Assembly (NCBI GenBank): GCA_964403155.1
Contig: CAYOEG010000001.1
Location: forward strand, 85,550 to 149,549
Direction of reading: 5' to 3'
Length of the DNA: 64,000 nt
Origin: an uncultured Candidatus Saccharibacteria bacterium
GTDB taxonomy: Bacteria; Patescibacteriota; Dojkabacteria; SC72
Both the position numbers and the translations under genes were made by a program. Positions 20,575 through 30,244 of the stretch are shown here, piece after piece; position 1 is the first letter of the stretch; every line of letters begins with the position of its first letter. The notes beneath the pieces are model-generated. The model did not search any database. It worked only from the letters and a program-made list of their open reading frames with translations, and was not told where the DNA came from.

Positions 20575-20664
20575 AATTGTCCTCCTAAGACAATTTCCTG
20601 ATTTTTAACGATCTTTTAATTCACCCAGGTATATTATAGGCCCTTTTGTAGTATAATTCTATAT

Positions 20665-21237
20665 ATGTTCACTGATTTCAAAGATCCAATAAAAAATTTA
20701 AAAACGAATCCAATAGAAAGAATACTAGTTCGCAATGATGTGCCCTTCCTCTTCTACAATGAGCAATATCTGTTCTGGTCTCAATTCATAGACTTATACG
20801 AATTCAAAAGACACGGAATTGGTTTTATTGGGCAATATGCTCCTGAAGATCTTCCCTTGAAAGCACAGATTCAAATTGGGAAAACAAGTCGGCACGAAGA
20901 TATCTTGGGTTTTAGCCTAAAAGCGGCATATATATACTGTATAGAATTAGGTCTGACTCTCCCACCCGACTTCTCAGAAATTCTTCACTTAGATTCTATA
21001 AACGAAGATATCTTCCCATGGAAAGAGATTATGGTTGAACAACAAATAACATTCAGTCATGACGAAGGTATCTCATCAAGGTACGGGGTCTCAGCCAACA
21101 TATGCACCCCTTGTGATAGCCTGTCTGTCACGAAAGTAGATGACTGGCCAGTAGAAGTTGTTTCGCAAATAAAAGGCCAGAGAATTCTTAATCCAGAGAA
21201 ATATATTTCTAGACAAGCCCAAAATCATCTGATATAA
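20665..21237 (+). CDS. Hypothetical protein
   Basis: 190 aa ORF; TATAAT 7 nt before ATG. Confidence 0.65.
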   Translation: MFTDFKDPIKNLKTNPIERILVRNDVPFLFYNEQYLFWSQFIDLYEFKRHGIGFIGQYAPEDLPLKAQIQIGKTSRHEDILGFSLKAAYIYCIELGLTLPPDFSEILHLDSINEDIFPWKEIMVEQQITFSHDEGISSRYGVSANICTPCDSLSVTKVDDWPVEVVSQIKGQRILNPEKYISRQAQNHLI

Positions 21238-21248
21238 TCCTACTCGCA

Positions 21249-21587
21249 ATGAAAAAGAATATTCATCCAGAATACAACAATAAATTAGAAATAATATGCT
21301 CATGTGGTAACAAATTTGTTACCGGTTCTACGCTATCTGTAGACTCCATAAACGTTGATATATGTTCTAAATGTCACCCATTCTATACTGGTGAGCAAAA
21401 GATTGTAGATACAGACAACATTGTGAAGAAGTTTGAGGAGAAGATGGCAAAATCCAAAGGTATGTCTTACAGAACCAAAAAGGAAAAGATGCAAGCAAGA
21501 AAAGAGAAATTCTCCAAAACCTCCTCTACTCCAACAAGTACACTCACACTTAAAGATCTTCTTGAGAACGCAAAGGTCTCTAAGTAA
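21249..21587 (+). CDS. rpmE: 50S ribosomal protein L31 (Zn-binding type, C-terminal extension)
   Basis: MKKNIHPEY, CSCGN, CSKCHPFYTG. Confidence 0.97.
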   Translation: MKKNIHPEYNNKLEIICSCGNKFVTGSTLSVDSINVDICSKCHPFYTGEQKIVDTDNIVKKFEEKMAKSKGMSYRTKKEKMQARKEKFSKTSSTPTSTLTLKDLLENAKVSK

Positions 21588-21627
21588 CAAATTTTCATTC
21601 TTAATCTAACATGATATATTTATCCAT

Positions 21628-22728
21628 ATGGATATTGCATTGTTAAAAGAAAAATACAGAACCAATGATGCTCAAACTCATGTAGATGAATTAGAATCTC
21701 AGATATCTACTGCACATACCACAGGCGCAAACATCTCCAAACTCAGTACAGATCTAAGCTACTACGCTCAGCTATCAAACCTCACCTCATCCATACAGAA
21801 ATCCATAAAAGATATTGAAGAGGCAAAAGAACTTTTAAAAACAGAAACAGATGCAGAGATTGTAGAAATGGCGAATGAAGAAATTGAACAGAAAGAGGAA
21901 AACATCAAGAATAAAGAAGAAGAGATTCTTGGTATAAAGATGGAAAGACAATTCCAAGATGAAGACGATGACAGAGCTGCTATTTTAGAAATACGTGCCG
22001 GAGCCGGAGGAGAAGAAGCCGCACTGTTTGCCGCAGATCTATTCAGAATGTACAAGAACTATGCCGCTAACAAAGGTTGGGAAGTTCAAATAGTGGATAG
22101 CAATGTAACAGAAGATGGTGGATACAAAGAGGTAATTGCACATATAGCAGGAAAAAATGTGTTTAAGAATTTAAAATATGAGAGCGGTGTACACAGAGTA
22201 CAAAGAATACCTACTACAGAATCATCTGGGAGAATTCATACCTCAACTGCATCCGTAGCAATATTACCAGAAGCACAAGATATTGATATTAGAATTAATC
22301 CCGAAGATATTAAAGTCGAAGTAATGAGGGCATCAGGGGCAGGAGGCCAGTGTGTTAACAGAACTGACTCTGCAGTAAGGATCACCCATCTTGCTACTGG
22401 CATTGTCGTAAGTTGCCAAGAGACCAAACATCAAGCTCAGAATAAAGAAAAAGCAATGGCACTCCTAAGATCTAGGCTGTATGACAGACAAAAGCAAGAA
22501 GAGATGGCAAAGCGATCAGATATGAGATCTTCACAGATTGGTTCCAATATGAGAGCAGAGAAAATCAGGACATACAATTTCCCACAGACAAGAATAACTG
22601 ACCACAGGGTTAAGAAATCTTGGTTCAATGTAGAAAACATAATGGCAGGAGAGATGCAGACAATGATCGACGATGTCCGAAAGGGAATCCAATTAGAGAT
22701 ATTAGCTAAGCAAGAGAAGAGTGAATAA
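21628..22728 (+). CDS. prfA: Peptide chain release factor 1
   Basis: ESGVHRVQRIPTTE (PxT), GGQ, RTYNFPQ. Confidence 0.96.
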   Translation: MDIALLKEKYRTNDAQTHVDELESQISTAHTTGANISKLSTDLSYYAQLSNLTSSIQKSIKDIEEAKELLKTETDAEIVEMANEEIEQKEENIKNKEEEILGIKMERQFQDEDDDRAAILEIRAGAGGEEAALFAADLFRMYKNYAANKGWEVQIVDSNVTEDGGYKEVIAHIAGKNVFKNLKYESGVHRVQRIPTTESSGRIHTSTASVAILPEAQDIDIRINPEDIKVEVMRASGAGGQCVNRTDSAVRITHLATGIVVSCQETKHQAQNKEKAMALLRSRLYDRQKQEEMAKRSDMRSSQIGSNMRAEKIRTYNFPQTRITDHRVKKSWFNVENIMAGEMQTMIDDVRKGIQLEILAKQEKSE

Positions 22729-23509
22729 AGAACTTAAGGATATATTCCATATTCAAGAAGTTTTAAAATCGAATGGTTATTATGACATCTCAAGAATTGC
22801 AAAAGAGATCTATGACTATTCCGCAGCGTCCTCCACCCCATTAGAATCAATATTGAAAAGAATCTCATGCAATGAGCCATGGGAATATATAAAGGGGGCG
22901 TGTGAATTTAGAGGAGAAATTTTCAAATTAAACACATCAACATTAATCCCAAGAATTGAAAGTGAGCAGATTATCGACATACTTAAGGATGAATTGAAAA
23001 ACACCCCTTCTCCATTTAATAGTGTAATTGACGTCGGCACAGGAAGCGGATGCCTGATAGTCTCAGCTGCAAAAGAGCTTGGTGACAAATATGAATACTA
23101 CGCTACAGACATATCACAGAAAGCACTTAATATCGCAGAAGAAAATGTTCGAAGAATATTACATGACAATGGGATCTGTTTTGTTAATACCAACCTTTTA
23201 GAAGATTTACAGTTGGATGTAAAGATGAACTATTTCATAATCTCTAATCTTCCATATATCCCTACTTCTCAATATCTCGAATTGGAAAGTAGCGTGAAAG
23301 ATTATGAACCGAAAACTGCTTTGGATGGTGGAGAAACTGGGACAAAATACTGTTTCGAGCTAATAGATCAAATAAAAAGGAAGAAACTATCCTCTACCCT
23401 ACTTCTAGAAGTTGAACCCTCAACAGTATCACAGTTTGAGAAACTCAATCCAACCATTATAGAAGATATATATGGTCGAAAGAGATTCCTACTATTCCGC
23501 TTCAGCTAG
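22721..23509 (+). CDS. prmC: Release factor glutamine methyltransferase
   Basis: LIPRIESE, DVGTGSG, SNLPY, ALDGG; overlaps prfA stop. Confidence 0.92.
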   Translation: MNKELKDIFHIQEVLKSNGYYDISRIAKEIYDYSAASSTPLESILKRISCNEPWEYIKGACEFRGEIFKLNTSTLIPRIESEQIIDILKDELKNTPSPFNSVIDVGTGSGCLIVSAAKELGDKYEYYATDISQKALNIAEENVRRILHDNGICFVNTNLLEDLQLDVKMNYFIISNLPYIPTSQYLELESSVKDYEPKTALDGGETGTKYCFELIDQIKRKKLSSTLLLEVEPSTVSQFEKLNPTIIEDIYGRKRFLLFRFS

Positions 23510-24640
23510 TGTAACACTTACAGTCTTTGTATCTCCAGATCGATAGTATTCAACATCAACCTTGTCTCCTACCTTATGCTTCTGTATCAATGTTAATAGT
23601 GAGGTATCAACATCATCTTCTCCGAACTTGGTTATAATATCGCCTTTTCTGATACCTGCAGCATATGCAGGACCTCCTGCATCAATACTTTGCACAAAAG
23701 CTCCTGCTACAATATTTGTATAATAGTAAGCTTGAAGCTCTGAAATCATCTGATAAGTAACACCTAAATAAGGCTGTATGAACTTACCATAGGTTCTGTA
23801 TTCCTCAATTTTTTCTTTAACAACATTAATTGGCAATGCAAAGGATATATTATCTGCATCTGAAGTAGTTGCAAAGTTTATCCCTATCACCTCTCCTAGG
23901 CTATTTAATAATGGCCCTCCAGAATTTCCTGGATTAACTGCAGCATCTGTCTGAATCACTCCCTCATATGTCTTAGATGTTCCTCCGTACCAAGAGCTAC
24001 TTGTAGAAACAGTCCTATCCAACCCACTTATGATTCCTTTTGTCACACTTCCAGAGTACTGGCCAAGAGGAGTACCAATTGCAACAACATCTTGACCTAC
24101 TGCTAATTTGTCCGAATCACCCAATGTTAGAACTGTTAAGTCTTTAGCTTCAATTTTTAATATCGCGATATCATTAGCATCATCTCTAGCAATCTCTGTT
24201 ATATCATACTGATCCCCACTACTTGTGACTACTTTGTAGTCCTCTGTTGCAGAGGAAACAACATGTTGGTTTGTGATAATCCAGCCAGAGGCATCTACTA
24301 CAAATCCCGTACCAATGTTACTATCACTCGTAACTATACCCTGATCTTTAGAAAGTGATAGCTGAGAGACTGCTATGCTAACAACCCCCTTCTGGACATC
24401 CTTTACCATCTCTATGGTGTTAGTCTCTTCCTCAGAGACTACAAGTGATGTATTGGTGTCATCTGTCGTATCAGCTGTTATCCCAAGCCAGCTATTAATA
24501 ACAGAGACATTCATAATAGTGATATAGGTCATCGTCATAGAAACGAGTATGATCCCCAATATTGTTCCAAATATGAAAAGGAACTTTAATGGGAATCTTT
24601 TTTTTGTTTTAATTGCTTCTGGCTTTTTTGTATCTTCCAT
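23492..24640 (-). CDS. HtrA/DegP-like serine protease with PDZ
   Basis: TNQHVV, DIA, QTDAAVNPGNSGGPL, C-terminal PDZ. Confidence 0.95.
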   Translation of the reverse strand: MEDTKKPEAIKTKKRFPLKFLFIFGTILGIILVSMTMTYITIMNVSVINSWLGITADTTDDTNTSLVVSEEETNTIEMVKDVQKGVVSIAVSQLSLSKDQGIVTSDSNIGTGFVVDASGWIITNQHVVSSATEDYKVVTSSGDQYDITEIARDDANDIAILKIEAKDLTVLTLGDSDKLAVGQDVVAIGTPLGQYSGSVTKGIISGLDRTVSTSSSWYGGTSKTYEGVIQTDAAVNPGNSGGPLLNSLGEVIGINFATTSDADNISFALPINVVKEKIEEYRTYGKFIQPYLGVTYQMISELQAYYYTNIVAGAFVQSIDAGGPAYAAGIRKGDIITKFGEDDVDTSLLTLIQKHKVGDKVDVEYYRSGDTKTVSVTLAEAE

Positions 24641-24657
24641 TATTTTTAAATAAAAAA

Positions 24658-25878
24658 TTAATTATTCAAAATCTCAATTGCCTTATTCATCTGAGTATCA
24701 TTCCCCGCTTGGAAATCTTCACTTGAATAAACAACTTCTACATCTGGGGTTATTGGATTATCCTTGTTCAACCATCCTCCATCAGGAAGCAACCATTTCA
24801 ATATTGTGACATGTAATGTAGATCCATCTGAGAGATCTAAGACTGTTTGAGCAGTCCCTTTTCCATAGGTTTGTTCACCTACAATAGTAGCTCTACCCGC
24901 TTGCTTGAGTGCACCAGAAAGTATCTCTGATGCGGAAGCACTTCCACTATCCACAAGTACTACTAATTCAATATCTGTTAATTTCCCACCCTTTGTCGAG
25001 TTGTAATCTTGAATTTTACCTTCGCTATCCTGTTCCTTCGCAACAACTTTACCAGCATCAAGGAAATCATCTGCCGCATATATAGCAGCATTAAAGAATC
25101 CACCTGGGTTTCCTCTTAGATCAAGTACCATCTTCTTAACTCCTGATTCAACAATACTATTAACCGCATCATCCCAATTCTCCGTCCATTCATTGTATGT
25201 TGCATCTGTAAATCTGTTAACTTTCAAAACTGCTATTTCGCCATTACTCCCTTTGTATGACAAATCCATGCTTGGAACAGTTATCTCACTACGAATAATC
25301 TCAATCTCGACAGCTTGAGCAGCTCCCTTGTGCAATATAGTCAGAGTAACCTTGGTACCAGATTCTCCACGAATCTTTGCGACAACATCATATACCGTCT
25401 CATCAGCTTTTATCTCTTCCCCATCGATAGCCAAGATTGTATCCCCTGCACGAATACCCGCAGCTTTTGCAGGAGATCCCTCTAATGGCGATACTACAAC
25501 TATCTGTTTGTTACTATCATATCCTAACTCAGCACCAATACCTTGAAAGAGTTTCCCCTCGCTTGCCTCATTGAAGGCCTGTGTCTCTTCAGGATCTAGG
25601 AAAACAGTAGCCGCATCGCCAAAAGAATTGACCATCCCTTTAATAGATCCATACAACATATTCTGTTCATCAATCTTTGAAGAATCTACGTACTTACTCT
25701 CCATCAGATCCCAAACATCCCAGAAAAGATCAAAACTTACATCCGATTTTCCAGAGATTAGGCTATCTATAGATCCCTTGTTTGATTGGAATACTCTTCC
25801 AGAGACAAACCCAATTGCAAACAGACATACCGCCAAGATTACAATCCCAAGATTTCTTGTGCTTTTCTTTTTCTCCAT
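24658..25878 (-). CDS. S41 family C-terminal processing peptidase
   Basis: GIGA PDZ, DLRGNPGG, SASASEI, TYGKG. Confidence 0.95.
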   Translation of the reverse strand: MEKKKSTRNLGIVILAVCLFAIGFVSGRVFQSNKGSIDSLISGKSDVSFDLFWDVWDLMESKYVDSSKIDEQNMLYGSIKGMVNSFGDAATVFLDPEETQAFNEASEGKLFQGIGAELGYDSNKQIVVVSPLEGSPAKAAGIRAGDTILAIDGEEIKADETVYDVVAKIRGESGTKVTLTILHKGAAQAVEIEIIRSEITVPSMDLSYKGSNGEIAVLKVNRFTDATYNEWTENWDDAVNSIVESGVKKMVLDLRGNPGGFFNAAIYAADDFLDAGKVVAKEQDSEGKIQDYNSTKGGKLTDIELVVLVDSGSASASEILSGALKQAGRATIVGEQTYGKGTAQTVLDLSDGSTLHVTILKWLLPDGGWLNKDNPITPDVEVVYSSEDFQAGNDTQMNKAIEILNN

Positions 25879-25895
25879 TAGTAGTTCTTTTTAAA

Positions 25896-26909
25896 TTAAT
25901 ATGATATGAATTCCATGCTTCCAACACTTACAATCCCTCTTCCACCGTTCTCCCACTCTATTGTGGCATAACCATTACCTTCCACACCAACTATCTCACC
26001 ACTCATTCCATAGCTTCCTGATGCTCGAGATACTATTTTACTACCTATTAAATTTTTTACAAAGACAGATTCTTTCTCCCTCTCTTTTCTTGTATCTTTA
26101 AGGAAGAATACTTGGCTTTCTTGGAAATCAACTACTGTGTAACAACCTTCCAAGTCTGCGAGTGTTTTCAGAAGTTTTTCTCCAGAGTATATCTCACCAA
26201 ATCCTCCTACAATACCAATGGGGAGTCCTTGATTTCTATAATCTTGATAGTCCATGGAGTATGTAAGTACGAATTTTGCGCCTTTTTCAAAAAGATCTTT
26301 TAACAATCCCTGATGCAGATGCTTTCCAACAAACACAATCTTGTCCTGATAGCTATTATCATCCCCTTTTAATTTTACATCTTTACCCGTATTGATTGTT
26401 TTAAATTCCCCTGTTAAAGTAATATTTTGTGTATTGGAGATACTAATTAAATCTAAAGCCAATGCAGAAGTTTTGAATGTAATACCATCCAAAGGATTAA
26501 CATCCACAATCTCCGCTTCAAATGTACTCTTGTAAAGTGATTCTTGTTCTTCTCCCAATATATCTATATATCCGTGCCTGATTCTGGCTAAATCTACAAT
26601 CCCGCTCGATGGAGAGATTAATTTTTTAACTGTTAATCCTCCTGAGGCTATTTTTTCGGCTAATACATCACCATCATTGATAAATTCTCCATCTATACAG
26701 GTTATACAATCTGGTATGTTTGATATGTTGCAATTCAACTGCTCTGGGAGATAAAAGGAGTGTCTTACATAATTTCCTTTCCTGAAGAACATCTCTGTCC
26801 CGACTTCTACCTTCTCTCCTGCCCTTACCAAAACCTTGTCTCTGCTACTTACAGGTATCTTAAATGTATATTCATCATATTTTTCTAGTAATCTGTGCTT
26901 TAGTATCAT
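25896..26909 (-). CDS. Hypothetical protein with sandwich-barrel-hybrid-like motifs, partner of the GlmL-like gene
   Basis: VLVRAGEKVEVG, DGDVLA...SPSSGIV; coupled to upstream gene. Confidence 0.65.
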   Translation of the reverse strand: MILKHRLLEKYDEYTFKIPVSSRDKVLVRAGEKVEVGTEMFFRKGNYVRHSFYLPEQLNCNISNIPDCITCIDGEFINDGDVLAEKIASGGLTVKKLISPSSGIVDLARIRHGYIDILGEEQESLYKSTFEAEIVDVNPLDGITFKTSALALDLISISNTQNITLTGEFKTINTGKDVKLKGDDNSYQDKIVFVGKHLHQGLLKDLFEKGAKFVLTYSMDYQDYRNQGLPIGIVGGFGEIYSGEKLLKTLADLEGCYTVVDFQESQVFFLKDTRKEREKESVFVKNLIGSKIVSRASGSYGMSGEIVGVEGNGYATIEWENGGRGIVSVGSMEFISY

Positions 26910-28249
26910 TTAAACCATTGTTGTAATTTTAATCTGTTTTGATATACATCAGGGCCATAAACCACAGGTTTAGGTCTCCCGTCAATTAGTAAGCTATCAT
27001 ATCGCAATTTCCCTGGTACAGAGAGGAAACTAATTTCATCTTTTTTCTCAATTCCACGTATGAATGCACCATTCTTAAATTCTCCTTCCGTAACCAGATT
27101 ATCTCTGTGCAATGGTAATTTCTTGAATGTGAATTCTGGGTAAAGTGCGAAAATGTCTTGTTTTTCCCCTTCTAAAGAATCTGTATACCCATTAAATATG
27201 ATCTTACTTTTTTGTCCTCTAATCTTCATATCAGGAATATATACCTTAGTAGCTATTGCAACTATCTCCTTCCTAGTAAGAACCAAATCTGTAGAGTTAG
27301 GACCTAATATATAGCTTTTACCGAAAGAAAGGATTCTTTCCTCTTGATCACAATATGCATCAAATGTTCCTGATATCTCCAAACCGTCAATGAGCGTTAA
27401 GAGTGTTTTTTCTCTTCCTAGGACCAAGGGTATATATCCTGTAAGTACAATACCTGTGTTGCCAGAGATTCCCAATGATTGCAATTTCTCCATATTGTCT
27501 TGGTACATCGAATGTAATTGCGCTGTCGTATATGCTCTTAAAATATCCATTAGATTAGGATCCTCAGAGAAGGTTATTCTATTCAATACAAAGTTACTCC
27601 AATGATTTAGCATATCTTTGGAGGTCATGTCTGTAGCTAGAAATGCCCTGAATCTACCATCTTTTATGGCATCTATAACTCCATATTCGTTATTCCAATA
27701 TATTTTCGCTTTTTCAGTTTCTCTTTTCTGTGTGTTAGGATCTTTGTAAGATCGATATATTCTAAAGTCTTGTAGATCTAAATTGGCATATACAAAATCA
27801 TCATATCCTAGTTTTTCTGCCATCCCTTCTACAAGATTCCTCATGTAAATATCATCTGCTACTCGTAATGCGATATTTATCGAGAAGGCTCTAAGCGAAG
27901 CGAATATTTTATTAAAATATTTTTGATTCTCATCCATTACTACTCTGATACCAGAGATACCATCTCCTTCTTCTGCGAATTTTCTGAATGAGAACATTCC
28001 CAGTATATTTCTATCTACAATATTCCAATTGAATATTTTTTCTAGGTTATCGAAATATTCACACCAGAAATTTTTAGTAAAGAATTCATCATCTAATCTT
28101 TGCTTGAGTGGGTTTAAATCTGTGTAATCAGAGAGTATGTACTCCCTATTCGCATTGTGATCGGTATATCCTAGGTGTGCCCAGATATTGTTATCTGAGA
28201 TTACTAGGCTTAGGTATGAGTTTTTTTCTAATATTGGCAGTATGGACAT
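26906..28249 (-). CDS. Divergent glutamate mutase L (GlmL)-like protein
   Basis: IVLTG, LTLIDGLEISG, LLIDGRPKP, terminal KLQQW resemble GlmL-like proteins; recognition by eye. Confidence 0.5.
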   Translation of the reverse strand: MSILPILEKNSYLSLVISDNNIWAHLGYTDHNANREYILSDYTDLNPLKQRLDDEFFTKNFWCEYFDNLEKIFNWNIVDRNILGMFSFRKFAEEGDGISGIRVVMDENQKYFNKIFASLRAFSINIALRVADDIYMRNLVEGMAEKLGYDDFVYANLDLQDFRIYRSYKDPNTQKRETEKAKIYWNNEYGVIDAIKDGRFRAFLATDMTSKDMLNHWSNFVLNRITFSEDPNLMDILRAYTTAQLHSMYQDNMEKLQSLGISGNTGIVLTGYIPLVLGREKTLLTLIDGLEISGTFDAYCDQEERILSFGKSYILGPNSTDLVLTRKEIVAIATKVYIPDMKIRGQKSKIIFNGYTDSLEGEKQDIFALYPEFTFKKLPLHRDNLVTEGEFKNGAFIRGIEKKDEISFLSVPGKLRYDSLLIDGRPKPVVYGPDVYQNRLKLQQWFK

Positions 28250-28297
28250 TCTTTAAATATATTACTTTAAAGAGATAATTGTTGCAATGAATTCTCT

Positions 28298-28319
28298 GGG
28301 GCAGACCTAGGTCTGCCCC
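28298..28319. repeat. Dispersed perfect palindrome, copy 3
   Basis: GGGGCAGACCTAGGTCTGCCCC just past the rpsR terminator. Confidence 0.9.
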
Positions 28320-28330
28320 TTGTCGGTTAC

Positions 28331-28358
28331 AAAAAAAAGAGGACCTTTCGGTCCCCTT
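28331..28358 (-). terminator. Intrinsic terminator of rpsF-ssb-rpsR
   Basis: Minus strand GGGGACC-GAAA-GGTCCTC followed by T8. Confidence 0.85.
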
Positions 28359-28381
28359 CTCAATTCAAAAACATATTCTAA

Positions 28382-28699
28382 TTATTCATTAGAAGAATAT
28401 GGAAGTAATGCCATATATCTAGCTCTCTTAATAGCCCTCTTTAACATCTTCTGATGCTTGTGACATGCACCAGACTTCTCAACAGATATAATCTTACCTC
28501 TAACAGAAGTAAACTTCTTTAATTGATATACATCCTTGTATGTAACAGTCTTAACACCTGATTCACATAGAGGACATTTGAGATTCTGTATAATCTTTCT
28601 CCTTCTTCTTACATTCTTTTTACCATGAGACTCAAAACCCTCATCTGCTGAAGATTCTGTTTTCACCTCTTCAATATTTTCTCTTACTTCTTCTGACAT
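28382..28699 (-). CDS. rpsR: 30S ribosomal protein S18
   Basis: CPLC, YKDV, GKI, AIKRARYMALLPY. Confidence 0.97.
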   Translation of the reverse strand: MSEEVRENIEEVKTESSADEGFESHGKKNVRRRRKIIQNLKCPLCESGVKTVTYKDVYQLKKFTSVRGKIISVEKSGACHKHQKMLKRAIKRARYMALLPYSSNE

Positions 28700-28718
28700 T
28701 ACTTAAATATATATCAAA

Positions 28719-29204
28719 TTAAAATGGCAAATCTTCCTCTAAAGGATCTTGATCAACTGGAGCTTCTTCCTCTACAGGTGCAGATTCCTCATCCTTAGGA
28801 GCTTCAGATTTCTTGGCAGACTTCTCTGCAGGTGCAGATTCCTCATCAACACCAGCACCCTGCTTACCCTTGCTATCTAAAAGAATCATATCCTCTACTC
28901 TAACCTCAGTCTTGTATCTAGTAGAACCATCCTCTGCTTCCCATGATCTGGTATTTAAAGAACCCTCTACATAGATTTTCATTCCTTTTGCTAACAATTG
29001 CTGACATATCTCAGCCATCTTGTTCCATGCTACGATATTGTGGAATTCTGCTAATTCCTTAGCTTCTCCATTTGTATCCTTCCATGATTTGTTTGTAGCC
29101 ATTCCAAATGTAACTACTGGAGTCCCAGAATTTGTATATCTCATCTCTGGATCTCTTGTAAGGTTTCCAATCAACATTACCTTGTTTAGTGATCTTGCTG
29201 CCAT
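28719..29204 (-). CDS. ssb: Single-stranded DNA-binding protein
   Basis: LNKVMLIGNLTRDPE, VEGSL, C-terminal EDLPF. Confidence 0.98.
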   Translation of the reverse strand: MAARSLNKVMLIGNLTRDPEMRYTNSGTPVVTFGMATNKSWKDTNGEAKELAEFHNIVAWNKMAEICQQLLAKGMKIYVEGSLNTRSWEAEDGSTRYKTEVRVEDMILLDSKGKQGAGVDEESAPAEKSAKKSEAPKDEESAPVEEEAPVDQDPLEEDLPF

Positions 29205-29262
29205 TTGTTTAAAAATATAAATTTAACTTCCCTAAATATACACAACAATTATTAAATATCTA

Positions 29263-29619
29263 TTAAATCTCAATCTCTTTTTTCTTAATTCTCTTTCCAA
29301 TCTCTTCTACATCGTCCACTTCTACAACTATATATCTTAATACCTCTTGCTTTAATTCCATCTGTCTTCTGATTTCAGAAATTTTAGATGGTTCTACAGT
29401 AAAGGTATATATGATGTAATATCCTTCGTTATGTCCATTGATTTTGTATGCTAAATATCTCTTTCCCCATACATCAACATCTAATACTTCTCCACCCATT
29501 CCTTTTACCAAATCAACGAAATCTTTATGCATAGACTTTCTGACATCATCTGGTAATAGTGGCTTTAATGCGATAGCCATTTCATAGTTATTTAGCTTTT
29601 TTACTTCTTCTACTGACAT
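29263..29619 (-). CDS. rpsF: 30S ribosomal protein S6
   Basis: YE...WGKRYLAYKI...GYY...VLR. Confidence 0.96.
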   Translation of the reverse strand: MSVEEVKKLNNYEMAIALKPLLPDDVRKSMHKDFVDLVKGMGGEVLDVDVWGKRYLAYKINGHNEGYYIIYTFTVEPSKISEIRRQMELKQEVLRYIVVEVDDVEEIGKRIKKKEIEI

Positions 29620-29709
29620 TTAACAAATATATATACAAATTATGTTTGTGACAGGAAAGGATTTTAGCAGATATTATGAGGTAATACAACTAGGTATTAC
29701 AGGAAAGCA

Positions 29710-29747
29710 GGAGGAATTCACTAAATGAAATAGAGATGAACTCCTCC
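29710..29747 (-). terminator. 3' hairpin of orphan gene
   Basis: ggaggaattca / tgaactcctcc inverted repeat. Confidence 0.55.
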
Positions 29748-29765
29748 ACCTGTTTGTCTTTTTGT

Positions 29766-30134
29766 TCAATGAATCATCCTTACCTCCTCTCCCTCAATCC
29801 TGTATCTCGCCATTGGCGGGAAATCAATATACAACTCCCCGTCAAGAATTTGTGCGATTGTGTCTCCTGGGTATACTCCTATGAGGTTGAATCCTCTAAC
29901 GGAGAAAAGGTTTCCCTCTTTCACTATGAGATATCTCTCTCCGTCTAATTCCGCAGCAGATAGGGTATACCCTACAACTTTTACTTCGAAAGTTATCCGA
30001 AATAACGAGAGAATCTCAACTTCTCCCTTTGAGTTGAGAGACATCTTCTCCTTACCTGGAAGGGAAACATTCCATTTCCCCATTCCCTCGGATTCGATAG
30101 TAAGAATTCCATACTTCTTTGCTTTTTTGTCCAT
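29766..30134 (-). CDS. Orphan hypothetical protein, SD-led, beta-rich
   Basis: 122 aa; AAGGAG 5 nt before ATG. Confidence 0.7.
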   Translation of the reverse strand: MDKKAKKYGILTIESEGMGKWNVSLPGKEKMSLNSKGEVEILSLFRITFEVKVVGYTLSAAELDGERYLIVKEGNLFSVRGFNLIGVYPGDTIAQILDGELYIDFPPMARYRIEGEEVRMIH

Positions 30135-30220
30135 TTTTTCTCCTTTTTAGAGAGCTGATATAGAACATAAGTTCCAACAAAAAGACCATATATTCTATAG
30201 GATATCGCGTTTATTGTAAA
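30135..30220 (-). promoter_or_regulatory. Sigma70-type promoter and leader of orphan gene
   Basis: Minus strand TTTACA-17 nt-TAGAAT, hairpin GGAAC-TTAT-GTTCT, AGCTCTCTAAAAA, AAGGAG. Confidence 0.65.
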
Positions 30221-30244
30221 TGCCTACTAATACAACATTTGTTT

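Noticed and set aside
28770-28850. 19-bp direct repeat inside ssb
   Set aside because: Encodes DEESAP twice in the disordered linker; ordinary local duplication
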